This document shows, piece after piece, positions 39,424 through 48,753 of a stretch of 64,000 bases of DNA. How positions within the stretch are numbered: position 1 is the first letter of the stretch; the number at the start of each line of letters is the position of its first letter. A program made the translations under genes and the position numbers. The stretch lies in sequence record MH791411.1, one strand, 5' to 3'. A model generated the notes under the pieces. It worked only from the letters and a program-made list of their open reading frames with translations. It did not search any database and had not been told where the DNA came from.

Positions 39424-39620
39424 TGTTTCCTCGTGGACAATATTTCATTTTTCAATGCATCCATATATTGAATCACCCATCTTCCCTGATAGCTTGTACC
39501 CAATGTAATCAAAAGGTATAACTCAATTCGTTCTAAGTTTGTGTCTGTGTTATAAATCTTTACCATGTTTTTACGTAACAGTTCTTGATAATCTTCTTTA
39601 TTTAAAATACGCATTTTCAT
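39420..39620 (-). CDS. Family B paralogue
   Basis: TLGTSYQG. Confidence 0.8.
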   Translation of the reverse strand: MKMRILNKEDYQELLRKNMVKIYNTDTNLERIELYLLITLGTSYQGRWVIQYMDALKNEILSTRKQ

Positions 39621-39814
39621 AGTCTACCTTTTATGTCCCTTCGTAATTCTTGTAAGTATAGTTCGATATACTTTTCTTGATAGTTAGTTCCTATGAAAAG
39701 TTTCATAACCAATTCACGCTTATATGCAATACCACGGATATGTGACATATGTAAGATATATGCCATGTTGGATATGAGTGTGTGGTTGTGCTCTTCTTGA
39801 GTTAAAATACGCAT
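39617..39814 (-). CDS. Family B paralogue (first gene of array)
   Basis: FIGTNYQE; TTGACT-16-TATTAT promoter just upstream (~39844-39872). Confidence 0.8.
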   Translation of the reverse strand: MRILTQEEHNHTLISNMAYILHMSHIRGIAYKRELVMKLFIGTNYQEKYIELYLQELRRDIKGRL

Positions 39815-39967
39815 AGGGACTCCATTAAAAATAATATCAATCCAATAATATACGATTCATATAAAAAGTCAATAACATTTTATAAGTAATACCCCTTTAT
39901 CGAAGTCGCTAAGGTTACCCGCCCTTTAGCCCCCTACGCATTTTGCCATAGTCCAATCCCTTTTTAT

Positions 39968-40039
39968 TCATAAAAGTCAAGGGATTACCTATGCATTTTT
40001 TTAACGCTGAAGTTTAAAAATGCCTTGACTTTTTTATGA
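39968..40039. repeat. Long imperfect inverted repeat at compositional boundary
   Basis: TCATAAAAGTCAAGG..GCATTTTT..AAAAATGC-CTTGACTTTTTTATGA. Confidence 0.75.
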
Positions 40040-40063
40040 TTCAGTACTAAATCCTTTTACGCA

Positions 40064-40273
40064 TTAATCCTTCGTTACGCTTACGATTATCTGTGTATCC
40101 CCATAGTCCTGCCATACTTCCACGCCAGCCGTCGCCTTGGTTAGTCGTGCTGTCATCTGCTTAATGGTCTTAGGCTTTAGTGGAACCTGTTGCAGTACTG
40201 TACGCATAGCACTATCGACGTTATCATGTACGCCTGCAATAGTGCCTAGAACGCTATATACTGTATAGATCAT
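40064..40273 (-). CDS. Early hypothetical protein
   Basis: AGGAG SD. Confidence 0.75.
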   Translation of the reverse strand: MIYTVYSVLGTIAGVHDNVDSAMRTVLQQVPLKPKTIKQMTARLTKATAGVEVWQDYGDTQIIVSVTKD

Positions 40274-40341
40274 GTGTATGTACTCCTGATATAGTTAAGG
40301 CCGCTAGAGAGCGGCCTATGATGTTTGATGATGTGTAACGC

Positions 40342-40743
40342 TTACAGTCCTAAGATAGTGCGTGCTTCGTTACGTTCCGTACACAGCTGCATGATGTGAG
40401 CAAGTAAGTCCTTGCTAATGTATCCGGTGTTCATAGCTTCACGAATAGATACATCATAAGCACCGAACCCAGTGCGAACGATACGCACATCATTCAGGTT
40501 AGTATTATAGATACCGCCGAGATCAACGGCTTCGAATACTACATCAACAGAATATTCATTGTTGCCATCGTGGAAGTTTTCCAGTGCAATAGTATTGGAA
40601 ACCGCCCAACGTTTGCAGTTTCCAATGATGCGGCACTGTTCCGGTTGGATAGTGCCATTACTTACAGCGTACTCCAGTGCATCTTTACCAAAAGTCCGAG
40701 CCAGTACTAAAACGTCAGCGAAGGAAGTGATTGAGAAGGTCAT
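40342..40743 (-). CDS. Early hypothetical protein
   Basis: Start reassigned to MTFSIT after AAGGAG. Confidence 0.8.
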   Translation of the reverse strand: MTFSITSFADVLVLARTFGKDALEYAVSNGTIQPEQCRIIGNCKRWAVSNTIALENFHDGNNEYSVDVVFEAVDLGGIYNTNLNDVRIVRTGFGAYDVSIREAMNTGYISKDLLAHIMQLCTERNEARTILGL

Positions 40744-40828
40744 GATAAAACTCCTTAATTTAGGAGGGAGAACCATTTCCCCCTCTCTATGTAAAACATT
40801 ATACATGAATCTAAGTACTATGCAAGTA

Positions 40829-41164
40829 CTATTTCATTTTAATACCTGGATTCAGGTAGCGGTGAGATCCATATTCTGGATCGGTTTCGGTCCAGTACTG
40901 TAAATCTATAGTACCTTTAGCGTTAATCTTATCTACCAGCTTATTCATCTTAGCGTATACTACATCAGCATCGATGCGTTTAAAGCCAGTGGCTTTAGTG
41001 AAGTAGTAGTGATTTGCTTCACTATCATTCAGGATGTACCGAGAACCGTCAGCCGTTTGTGCGACAATGAATGAGAATGATACTTTACGATCAAGGCCGT
41101 CGCAGTATACAGATGAATCATTGGTACGGATGAAAGCTTTAACGATAGCGATTGAAGTAGTCAT
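40829..41164 (-). CDS. Conserved-type phage early protein
   Basis: C-terminal IDLQYWTETDPEYGS resembles widespread phage early ORFs. Confidence 0.75.
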   Translation of the reverse strand: MTTSIAIVKAFIRTNDSSVYCDGLDRKVSFSFIVAQTADGSRYILNDSEANHYYFTKATGFKRIDADVVYAKMNKLVDKINAKGTIDLQYWTETDPEYGSHRYLNPGIKMK

Positions 41165-41325
41165 TTTGAATCTCCTAACTTTGTGGGCCGTCGCACCATT
41201 GCCGCCCTACGAGATACATTATTGCAGTACTGATATACTTTGTCAATACTTTTTTATTAATAGTTTTAGTTCCACCAGCAGATAGTTACTCACCGTTATT
41301 AACTATATATTTTGGATACACTTAT

Positions 41326-41392
41326 GCACCCTGTGGGCTAGTTTTTGTCTATGCGTATATAATAGCAAAGGGACTGACCTGAGTCAATCCCT
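41326..41392 (-). promoter_or_regulatory. Terminator/promoter/RCCC-hairpin module, copy 1 (others at 44078-44150, 47353-47420, 51358-51430)
   Basis: AAAGGGA-TTGAC-TCMG-GTCAG-TCCCTTT stem contains -35; TATTAT -10 17 bp downstream; then AGCCCACAGGGTGC. Confidence 0.85.
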
Positions 41393-41409
41393 TTTTTTAT
41401 TCTTTTTTG

Positions 41410-41610
41410 TTAGATGATTCTCCAATCATCAACGATCATGGTAAGATACCGAACCAGTGATTCGAGTGATTCGTGTTCTCGATAGTCTGACGCACCGCCA
41501 GCGGTACAAGTACAGCCGATTAAGCCGTTTTGCAATTCCTTAATCTGTACATCGATAAGGTTGGCTTTAGCTTCTTTCAGTACTTCAACCAGGGCGATAG
41601 CGATAGACAT
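41410..41610 (-). CDS. Early hypothetical protein
   Basis: Own promoter cassette, GGAG SD. Confidence 0.75.
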   Translation of the reverse strand: MSIAIALVEVLKEAKANLIDVQIKELQNGLIGCTCTAGGASDYREHESLESLVRYLTMIVDDWRII

Positions 41611-41700
41611 AATGTTTTACTCCAAACTATTGGCGGGAGAACTATTCCCCCGCTCTATGTAAAACATTATACATTACTGGTTAGTACTGTCAAATAGTTT

Positions 41701-41958
41701 TTATGAAATATCTTCGATGTAGTCGGCCCATTTCATTTTTTCAGTACTGTCAATGGCTACCGGATTATTTGGATCAAACCATTCACCATTACCGCAATAC
41801 ATACCAACGGCTACGGTTTTATAGCCATCCTGGGCCGTACACCACGACATTGCACGATAGATATGGCCTTTAACTGGTTGTAGTACTGGTAACGTTTTAT
41901 GGTCTTCTACGTAGGCCATCGCTTGATGATTTACCCGATATTGTGTGAACTGTTCCAT
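41701..41958 (-). CDS. Early hypothetical protein
   Basis: 85 aa, SD. Confidence 0.75.
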   Translation of the reverse strand: MEQFTQYRVNHQAMAYVEDHKTLPVLQPVKGHIYRAMSWCTAQDGYKTVAVGMYCGNGEWFDPNNPVAIDSTEKMKWADYIEDIS

Positions 41959-42034
41959 TATGTTTCCCCTTGTAGTTAGTAAAGTTATTACATCAGTACT
42001 ATCAAGCTATGTCAATAGTACTGAAATAAAACTT

Positions 42035-42259
42035 TTAGATTAGATTATTGAGGCCGTCAATGGTAGACTCACTTTCTTCTTTCTCCCATTGTCGGTAGTA
42101 CTTCCATGCTTCATGATAGGTGGCGATTAGTTCATCTTTTTGATCCTGGTTACATGCCAGTACTGAATCACGGTGAGCGGTGTTATAGATAGAATCGAAT
42201 GATTTCTTCTCTTCTGCCAGGTTAGCTACTTCCCGCATCAGTTCATCAAAGTTAGCCAT
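42035..42259 (-). CDS. Early hypothetical protein
   Basis: AGGAG SD, own promoter. Confidence 0.8.
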   Translation of the reverse strand: MANFDELMREVANLAEEKKSFDSIYNTAHRDSVLACNQDQKDELIATYHEAWKYYRQWEKEESESTIDGLNNLI

Positions 42260-42326
42260 TTTATTACTCCTTTTAGTGGGGGAGGATATCTCCCCCTATG
42301 CAAAACATTATACTTTGTTTTAGTTA

Positions 42327-42590
42327 TTATGCAAGTACTTTTTTCATATAAACATTAAATTCTACACCGCCGTAACCTTCCACGATGATATGTTTTGCGT
42401 TATCACGTTTGCACATAGTGAAACCATCGTTTACGTGTTTTGCATTTTCCAGGGCGACATCACCGATAGCGGCACATACGGCACTAATAACAGTATTCCG
42501 CAAAGTACTGGTATCATTGGCGGTCATAGTAGTTTGCAGTACTACGTTGTCGTATACGTGTGCATTGATAGTGATTTCGATAGTGTTCAT
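42327..42590 (-). CDS. Early hypothetical protein
   Basis: Start reassigned to MNTIEI. Confidence 0.75.
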   Translation of the reverse strand: MNTIEITINAHVYDNVVLQTTMTANDTSTLRNTVISAVCAAIGDVALENAKHVNDGFTMCKRDNAKHIIVEGYGGVEFNVYMKKVLA

Positions 42591-42677
42591 GGTGTATCTC
42601 CTGGACTTGAGGGGAAACCATTTCCCCCTCTCGATATAAAACATTATACGTTAATCTAACTACAATGCAAGTACTTT

Positions 42678-42869
42678 TTAAATTTTATTTCCGATATAGT
42701 CCGGCATGTTCTTTTCAGTCATACGCTTTGCTAATGTCTGCATATGGCTTATAGCGTTCAAGGTGTCTTCCTCCAGGGATGAATCGAGATAATCAGGATC
42801 ATTCTTCACCTTGCAATGATTATGATAGCGTAGTACTGCCAGTACTTTTTTAACTTCTTCTACTGTCAT
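42678..42869 (-). CDS. Early hypothetical protein
   Basis: 63 aa, coupled to upstream gene. Confidence 0.7.
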   Translation of the reverse strand: MTVEEVKKVLAVLRYHNHCKVKNDPDYLDSSLEEDTLNAISHMQTLAKRMTEKNMPDYIGNKI

Positions 42870-43138
42870 AATAAGTACCCCACTTCGTTAGCTTTCAGGT
42901 TAGTATCAATCATCAGTGGATTTTTGTAGTTCACAAAACGAGTAGTTTTCTCGATAGCGAATCCCATATAATCCAGCTTACTAACAGTACATTCATTCTT
43001 AAAAACTTCTTTCGCTGCATCGATGGCTGATTGCATGGATAACCGACCATCTAAATTAATGTTTCCAAATGATCCACCAGCAGAAGTAGGATTACCGTTC
43101 ATATCTTTAATGATCATAGTAGCGGAGTAGCTGGACAT
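42866..43138 (-). CDS. Early hypothetical protein
   Basis: LDGRLSMQSAID; contains a Chi site at 43074. Confidence 0.75.
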   Translation of the reverse strand: MSSYSATMIIKDMNGNPTSAGGSFGNINLDGRLSMQSAIDAAKEVFKNECTVSKLDYMGFAIEKTTRFVNYKNPLMIDTNLKANEVGYLL

Positions 43139-43227
43139 AATTTTGTTTCCTTTTATTGGTGTGGGGAGAACTATTCTCCCCTTGATGTAAACTATTATAC
43201 AGTACTAAAATACTTTGTCAAATACTT

Positions 43228-43635
43228 TTATTCGCCCATATAGATTAGATTATCATCGCCTACATAGGGATCGCAAACGTTGATTTCTTCACAGTACTTC
43301 GTGAATACATCGCCATAGTGACCTAAACCACGATCCCAAAAACCAGTTCCGTGACCTTCGCGGGTAAGGAACAGATCATGACCAGCTTGCTCATAACCGT
43401 AATCAATAAACATACCGCGAACTACTTCCAGATCATTACCGTGTTTCTCAATGAAGCGAGAACATGCAATCACCGCCGCTTGACGTGCTTCATCAGATAA
43501 CTCATAATCTTCCAGGTAATCGCCGTTATCATTATGTACAGTACTGAATTGCATAGCTTCAATGTAAGCTACAACCATTGCAGCATGATTTTTATCGTTA
43601 GTGATGTTCCGAGCGAGATTAGTAGTAGTAGACAT
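43228..43635 (-). CDS. Conserved-type phage protein (GHDxxLTRxGHGxGFWDR)
   Basis: AGHDLFLTREGHGTGFWDRG motif; function unknown to me. Confidence 0.8.
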   Translation of the reverse strand: MSTTTNLARNITNDKNHAAMVVAYIEAMQFSTVHNDNGDYLEDYELSDEARQAAVIACSRFIEKHGNDLEVVRGMFIDYGYEQAGHDLFLTREGHGTGFWDRGLGHYGDVFTKYCEEINVCDPYVGDDNLIYMGE

Positions 43636-43718
43636 GATTTTATTCCTTATTGTATTGGGGAGAACTATTCTCCCCTTGATGTAAACTATTATACAGTACT
43701 GATATACTTTGTCAATAC

Positions 43719-43940
43719 TTAATTACGTTTAAAATGATATGTGCCTTTATCATCCTGTACGCCCCATACTGATTTACCATCAACACCAGTGAAGCCGGAT
43801 TGTAATTCAATATGGAAACCATTATTATCAACTACAAAAACTTTTTTATTTTCATCCCGATAACATTGATATTCTGAATCAACATTAAAGGCCGCATCAT
43901 TCAGACGATTGGAAGCGTAAATGCAAGTCATTGTAGTCAT
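43719..43940 (-). CDS. Early hypothetical protein
   Basis: Start reassigned to MTTMTC. Confidence 0.7.
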   Translation of the reverse strand: MTTMTCIYASNRLNDAAFNVDSEYQCYRDENKKVFVVDNNGFHIELQSGFTGVDGKSVWGVQDDKGTYHFKRN

Positions 43941-44164
43941 GATTTTATTCCTTAATATACCAGGGAGAACCATTCCCCCTCTCGATATAAAACATTATAC
44001 TTGATTCTAAGTACAATGCAAGTACTTTTTTAAAAATAGTTTTCAGTACTGAATACTTATATAATAGATACACTTCCGCACCCTATGGGTCAGTGAGTTA
44101 TCTCTCAATGGATATATAATAGCAAAGGGACTGACCGGAGTCAATCCCTTTTTTTAATCTTTTT

Positions 44165-44749
44165 TTATCGTGTTACCTTACTTGCTGCCACATCACGCTT
44201 TTTATAGTACTGATTCCAGATATTGCTGGTTAAACCGTAATCAAGTACTTTAATAAGTCCATTACGATCCTGGCCGATATTCTGTTTTCTGATATCTCTT
44301 ATCGTTAGTGTTGATAATGTATCATCAACGTGTTGTAGTGCATCAGCAAAGCGGTGCTGGCGTTCGATTGCATTACGTTTAATATTGTACTTTAATTCAT
44401 TGCACGCGTTTACGTGCTTCACACTGCCTTTGCTTGCAGTACTCAACCGATCCATAACGATAAACATATTATCAGGATCGCATAAATGCATATGCACCTT
44501 TGCAAAGTACTGTTTCAATTGAGGGCGGTCATAGTCTAAAAAATTCCATACCTTACATTCAGTTTCATTTTGTTCTACACCCGCATCACAATTCGCGACC
44601 TTAATCACTAACCGATCATTTAAAGCGAAAACTATACGGGAAGAACCAGCACCGATGATCTCCAGGCCAGCTAACCGACAAGCTGAAAGGATCTCTTTGT
44701 TGGTTTCCATTTCTGACAGTGTACGGATGAATTTAGTATAATTACGCAT
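44165..44749 (-). CDS. Ser/Thr-type protein kinase-fold enzyme
   Basis: IGAGSSRIVF (Gly loop), VIKVA (Lys), EQNETE (alphaC Glu), RDIRKQN (catalytic loop), LDYG (DFG equivalent). Confidence 0.85.
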   Translation of the reverse strand: MRNYTKFIRTLSEMETNKEILSACRLAGLEIIGAGSSRIVFALNDRLVIKVANCDAGVEQNETECKVWNFLDYDRPQLKQYFAKVHMHLCDPDNMFIVMDRLSTASKGSVKHVNACNELKYNIKRNAIERQHRFADALQHVDDTLSTLTIRDIRKQNIGQDRNGLIKVLDYGLTSNIWNQYYKKRDVAASKVTR

Positions 44750-44780
44750 TGCATGTTCTCCTTGAGTTAATGAAACTATA

Positions 44781-45023
44781 TTACAGTACTTTACTATCAA
44801 TGGCAACTACTTTTTTAACATTAACGGCGTGGATCACTTCCTTCGTGTTTTTAGTACTGAATACTTTCGCCGCTCCTTGTTCGACCGTGATACGATAGCG
44901 ACCATTAACATCAACCATATTAATAAAGTCCGGCGTGCTGAATGGTGTTGTTTTACATTTGAGTACTGTTAACAGTTCCACCAGCGATGTAGTTTCTTTG
45001 ATACGTTTTTCTAAAGTAATCAT
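44781..45023 (-). CDS. Early hypothetical protein
   Basis: Start reassigned to MITLEK; Chi at 44978. Confidence 0.7.
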   Translation of the reverse strand: MITLEKRIKETTSLVELLTVLKCKTTPFSTPDFINMVDVNGRYRITVEQGAAKVFSTKNTKEVIHAVNVKKVVAIDSKVL

Positions 45024-45080
45024 TTTGTTTCCCCCGTGTTGGTATGTACATATAGTACTAAAACATTTGAGTACTGTCAA

Positions 45081-45299
45081 TTAGATAATATTATATTTCT
45101 TAAAATAAAATGCGTCCTGTGTTGGTTGATACTCGATACCGTTACCGTTATTGACTTCAACTAATAAACCTTTGTCAATTAGTTTTTTAATAGTACGATA
45201 CCCTTGTTGAAAATTGGTAAAATGTGAATCATTACGAAAGGTATAACCGTGCTTAACTGCTTCATCAATAGTTTTCTTTTCGATTTTAGATAATTTCAT
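45081..45299 (-). CDS. Possible winged-helix protein
   Basis: RTIKKLIDKGLLVEV..YQPT. Confidence 0.5.
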   Translation of the reverse strand: MKLSKIEKKTIDEAVKHGYTFRNDSHFTNFQQGYRTIKKLIDKGLLVEVNNGNGIEYQPTQDAFYFKKYNII

Positions 45300-45352
45300 T
45301 TTGTTTCTCCCGTGTTGGTATGTGTACATAGTACTAAAACAATTGAGTACTG

Positions 45353-45607
45353 TCAACGTGATATTAGTTTTATTTTCTTATTGTATTGTTGATGCTCATA
45401 AAGGTTTATCTTTCCTGTGTTCTCGATTACTATCCTGTTGTTAGTGTCCACGTCGATTACACGCAGTTTCCCGTTGCTTAACTTCCTAGGTAATAGGTTA
45501 CCATTAATAAACTCATTAGCAAGCTGTACGGCCTTTGTGATGATTCTCTGAGGTGCTTTATAGTGTACCCGTAAGATGTTATCTTTATATAGTTGAACCT
45601 TAATCAT
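45353..45607 (-). CDS. RelE/ParE-like toxin-fold protein
   Basis: KAVQLANEFINGNLLPRKL..VIDV..R..LYEHQQYNK pattern recalled from ParE-like families. Confidence 0.45.
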   Translation of the reverse strand: MIKVQLYKDNILRVHYKAPQRIITKAVQLANEFINGNLLPRKLSNGKLRVIDVDTNNRIVIENTGKINLYEHQQYNKKIKLISR

Positions 45608-45621
45608 TTTGTTTGTCCTAT

Positions 45622-45646
45622 AAAAAAGGCGGGAACTGATCCCGCC
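45622..45646 (-). terminator. Intrinsic terminator
   Basis: GGCGGGA-TCAGT-TCCCGCC-T6. Confidence 0.85.
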
Positions 45647-45668
45647 GTGTTGTTAGTACTGCAAGTTA

Positions 45669-46064
45669 TTAGATAACCTGGCGGCGTTTACTGTATACTG
45701 TTACACGATTACCCTTACGATCATGTCGGATCTCTTTCTGGTTGCGAATCAGTTCACTTGGACGCTTAAGGTTTGCCAGGTGATCCGCGTGAGTCCATGC
45801 GGTGTGGTTTACCTGTACTTTGATATCAGAATCAGCGATAAACTCATCTTGTGCGTCAAGTATTGCCGCCAGCATATCCGCTCGTTTTAGTTCTGCTGCT
45901 GTCAGTACTGGCTCAGGTGAATTCACAATATCAGAGATTTCTTTGAACTGTACGGCCCAGCGTTGACCTTTCGTTGCATCTTTGCCCATGTCTTTAAATG
46001 CTGCTCCTTCCTCGCGTGCAACAATACGGGCAGCTTCACGGGTAGCGTAGAATTTAGTAATCAT
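45669..46064 (-). CDS. Early protein, paralogue of 59079-59345
   Basis: FYATREAARIVAR..FKDMG..RWA..DRKGNRVTVY. Confidence 0.8.
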   Translation of the reverse strand: MITKFYATREAARIVAREEGAAFKDMGKDATKGQRWAVQFKEISDIVNSPEPVLTAAELKRADMLAAILDAQDEFIADSDIKVQVNHTAWTHADHLANLKRPSELIRNQKEIRHDRKGNRVTVYSKRRQVI

Positions 46065-46159
46065 GGTATACATCCTATTAGTTGAGTTAGTACTACAAGT
46101 TAGAGTCTATTATAAAGTACTATCTGGGCAATGTCAAATAGTACTTTAAATGGATTCTA

Positions 46160-46483
46160 TTACATGTCTTTCTTACGTTTTACATCGTGGTAGCGAACTG
46201 TTATTTCTTTGTTGATCTCTTCCTCGATGCGATGAATAACTTTTTCTTTCGGGTTGAAACCTATAACGGTTTCTTTAATGATCTCCAAGCCCGTGTATTC
46301 GCCTTGTGTACCGTAACCGTATGTAAAGGTTTCGTGTCCCAGGTCTTCCCAGCGGTCGCCAATTAACGCAGACACGTAGCAAGAGTGGTAAGTATTGCCG
46401 TGTGAATCAGTCCACCGATTAACGTTAATGTCAAAGGAGGTTACAATTTTCAATTCTACTTTCTGGGCAAGGATCATAGCCAT
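46160..46483 (-). CDS. Early protein, paralogue of 53003-53326
   Basis: RWTDSHGNTYHSC..FTYGY..VKRKKD. Confidence 0.8.
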   Translation of the reverse strand: MAMILAQKVELKIVTSFDINVNRWTDSHGNTYHSCYVSALIGDRWEDLGHETFTYGYGTQGEYTGLEIIKETVIGFNPKEKVIHRIEEEINKEITVRYHDVKRKKDM

Positions 46484-46844
46484 TTTTATTTCTCTCTCTT
46501 TGTTAGGAGGGGAACCATTCCCCTCGCTTGATGTAAACTATTATACAGTACTAAGATACTTTGTCAATACTTATTTTTTGGAAAGTTTACGCATTAATTC
46601 TACGCTTTCTTGTGAACGTTTTGCTACCTGGCAAGCTGTATGGGCAGTAAACATTTTTGTATAGTCTGACGCTTTGCCACCGAACCGAGCGGCACGTTCA
46701 CGGGCACTTGGAACTAATACTATTTCTTTATTACAGATAGTGCACTTAGCCATTTTTATTTCTCTCTCTTTGTTAGGAGGGGAACCGTTTCCCCTCACTT
46801 GATGTAAACTATTATACAGTACTAAGATACTTTGTCAATACTTA
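46477..46844. repeat. Two ~97-bp near-identical promoter cassettes flanking one gene
   Basis: 46477-46573 and 46747-46844. Confidence 0.9.
46571..46753 (-). CDS. Small Cys/His protein, possible Zn binding
   Basis: MAKCTICNK...HTAC. Confidence 0.75.
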   Translation of the reverse strand: MAKCTICNKEIVLVPSARERAARFGGKASDYTKMFTAHTACQVAKRSQESVELMRKLSKK

Positions 46845-47117
46845 AGTATTGTAAATGTCGTGAATAGTGATAAAGTTTTTACGACCGTAAACATGTAAAT
46901 CAGTATCAATGTAGTGCTTATCAAGTACATCCTCGACGCTTAAAGACGTGTCGTGAATATCTTCATAAAATTGTGGATCAACAATCGTGCTTAAGTCATC
47001 TGGCGTTAACTTATCGTTAAGGCATTGAACCGCCTGGATATCTGCTTCACGTTTCCATTGTTCCAGATTAGTAGTCAGTACTTGCTCGATTTCGTTAGCT
47101 GTAAGTAAAGTCCGCAT
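46842..47117 (-). CDS. Acidic early protein
   Basis: 91 aa, AAGGA SD. Confidence 0.75.
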   Translation of the reverse strand: MRTLLTANEIEQVLTTNLEQWKREADIQAVQCLNDKLTPDDLSTIVDPQFYEDIHDTSLSVEDVLDKHYIDTDLHVYGRKNFITIHDIYNT

Positions 47118-47185
47118 TTTAATGTTTCCTTATCAGTGGTTGATGTAAGTATTATACTCGTTTACTTTCTATTGTCAAACTATTT

Positions 47186-47262
47186 TATCAGGGGAGTTTT
47201 TCGTATGTCTTACTCCTGGACTACTTAACGGGGTTACTTATTTCGTTCCCCGTCCTGATGTA
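47186..47262 (-). ncRNA. Promoter-driven ORF-less structured RNA, copy 1
   Basis: -10 at 47267; outer ATCAGG/CCTGAT stem, ACGGGG/CCCCGT stem, GGAGT-14nt-ACTCC stem; no ATG. Confidence 0.6.
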
Positions 47263-47432
47263 AAACATTATACTTGATTCTAAGTACAATGCAAGTACTT
47301 TTTTAAAAATAGTTTTCAGTACTAGCCACCAGCAAACAATAGATACATTTATGCACCCTGTGGGCTAATTTGTTTCTATGCGTATATAATAGCAAAGGGA
47401 CTGACCGGAGTCAATCCCTTTTTCAAATATTT

Positions 47433-47582
47433 TTAAACTTCTTTCGGGTTGCGATATGTGATAGCGTTCGGGTACATTTGTTTAATGTTATTCCATGCCT
47501 GGTTAACATTATAACCACTTGATCGAATCAGTTGGTTATTACCGACACCTTGAAACACTACTTCAAATAAGAATTCTTTCAT
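47433..47582 (-). CDS. Small early protein (49 aa)
   Basis: Manual: MKEFLFEVVFQGVGNNQLIRSSG... Confidence 0.6.
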   Translation of the reverse strand: MKEFLFEVVFQGVGNNQLIRSSGYNVNQAWNNIKQMYPNAITYRNPKEV

Positions 47583-47752
47583 GCTTTCACCTCTCGATCT
47601 GCTTTGCCTTTACGCCAGGCCGTTGCTAATTGTTCGCGTTGCCATAAGTCGAGTGATACGTAAAGTTTTGCATTATCACCCTTCGGATATTCGCCAGTAG
47701 TACCAATCCGATAAAACAGATCTTTCAGTACTGTTAATTCTACCTGGACCAT
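47579..47752 (-). CDS. Small early protein
   Basis: Start reassigned to MVQVEL. Confidence 0.7.
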   Translation of the reverse strand: MVQVELTVLKDLFYRIGTTGEYPKGDNAKLYVSLDLWQREQLATAWRKGKADREVKA

Positions 47753-47839
47753 TATACTTTCCTCTTTGTTAGGAGGGGAACTATTCCCCTTCCGATATAA
47801 AACATTATACACTTTATTCAGTACTGTGCAAGTACTTTT

Positions 47840-48052
47840 TTAATCTTTCAGCCAATGATCCTGAATGAATTTTTCACCGGAACCTTGCTGCATTGATTGT
47901 AACAGACGTTCGCGATGAGCGGCGGCGAATTGCTCAGTACTATGCGTTACACCTGGTTGATATCTGGATTCACCATTTGGGGCGATGTATTGTACATCCC
48001 ACGGTTTTTCGTTAGTATCAGACCATTTACGAACGATTAGTTGACCTTGCAT
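47840..48052 (-). CDS. Early hypothetical protein
   Basis: Own promoter cassette. Confidence 0.75.
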   Translation of the reverse strand: MQGQLIVRKWSDTNEKPWDVQYIAPNGESRYQPGVTHSTEQFAAAHRERLLQSMQQGSGEKFIQDHWLKD

Positions 48053-48135
48053 TTTTCTTTCCTCTTAGTGGGGAGAATCATTTCTCCCCTTCATGTAAAC
48101 TATTATACAGTACTGGATTGCATTGTCAATAGTTT

Positions 48136-48459
48136 TTATTCACCTTGTTTGAATATAGTTTTCTCCATTGATTCCATGATTGCAACCAATACAGCATGGA
48201 TCTCACTTAACGCGGCATCACTAAAAGCATTAATGAATAGGCAATCATTCTCGCGAATATTTTTAATGTACTTATCAGCAGTGGTTGCGAATTCATTCAA
48301 CGGCAGATCAAATGCTTTATCCCATAATGGATGGCGTAACTGTAACAGTACTGGATTATCACGATCACCAGGGGAAAACGTACCAGTGATGAAACATACG
48401 CCCGGAATACTTTCGAACTGGCAACGGACTTCCTTTGTGATAGTAGTATGAATGTACAT
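48136..48459 (-). CDS. Early hypothetical protein
   Basis: GAGG SD. Confidence 0.75.
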   Translation of the reverse strand: MYIHTTITKEVRCQFESIPGVCFITGTFSPGDRDNPVLLQLRHPLWDKAFDLPLNEFATTADKYIKNIRENDCLFINAFSDAALSEIHAVLVAIMESMEKTIFKQGE

Positions 48460-48486
48460 TTATTGTTATCCTCTATTAAATTAATA

Positions 48487-48675
48487 TTACAGTTTATGAA
48501 TTAATTCTTTATCTAAGCGATAGCGTACATTATTAATGGTAACAGCATTATTTTTAATGCTACGCTGTACGGGTCCACCAGCAATAACAAACGTTGCTTT
48601 ATTGCCCCGAACAATGATAGCACTTCCAGGATTACCGAAATCATCTTGTACTAAAATACTTGATAAGTTTTCCAT
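48487..48675 (-). CDS. Early hypothetical protein
   Basis: 62 aa; Chi at 48575. Confidence 0.7.
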   Translation of the reverse strand: MENLSSILVQDDFGNPGSAIIVRGNKATFVIAGGPVQRSIKNNAVTINNVRYRLDKELIHKL

Positions 48676-48753
48676 TTTTATTTCCTCTTAGTAGGGGAAG
48701 ATGTTTCCCCTTGATGCAAGTACTATAACAGTACTGAAAACTAAATGCAAGTA

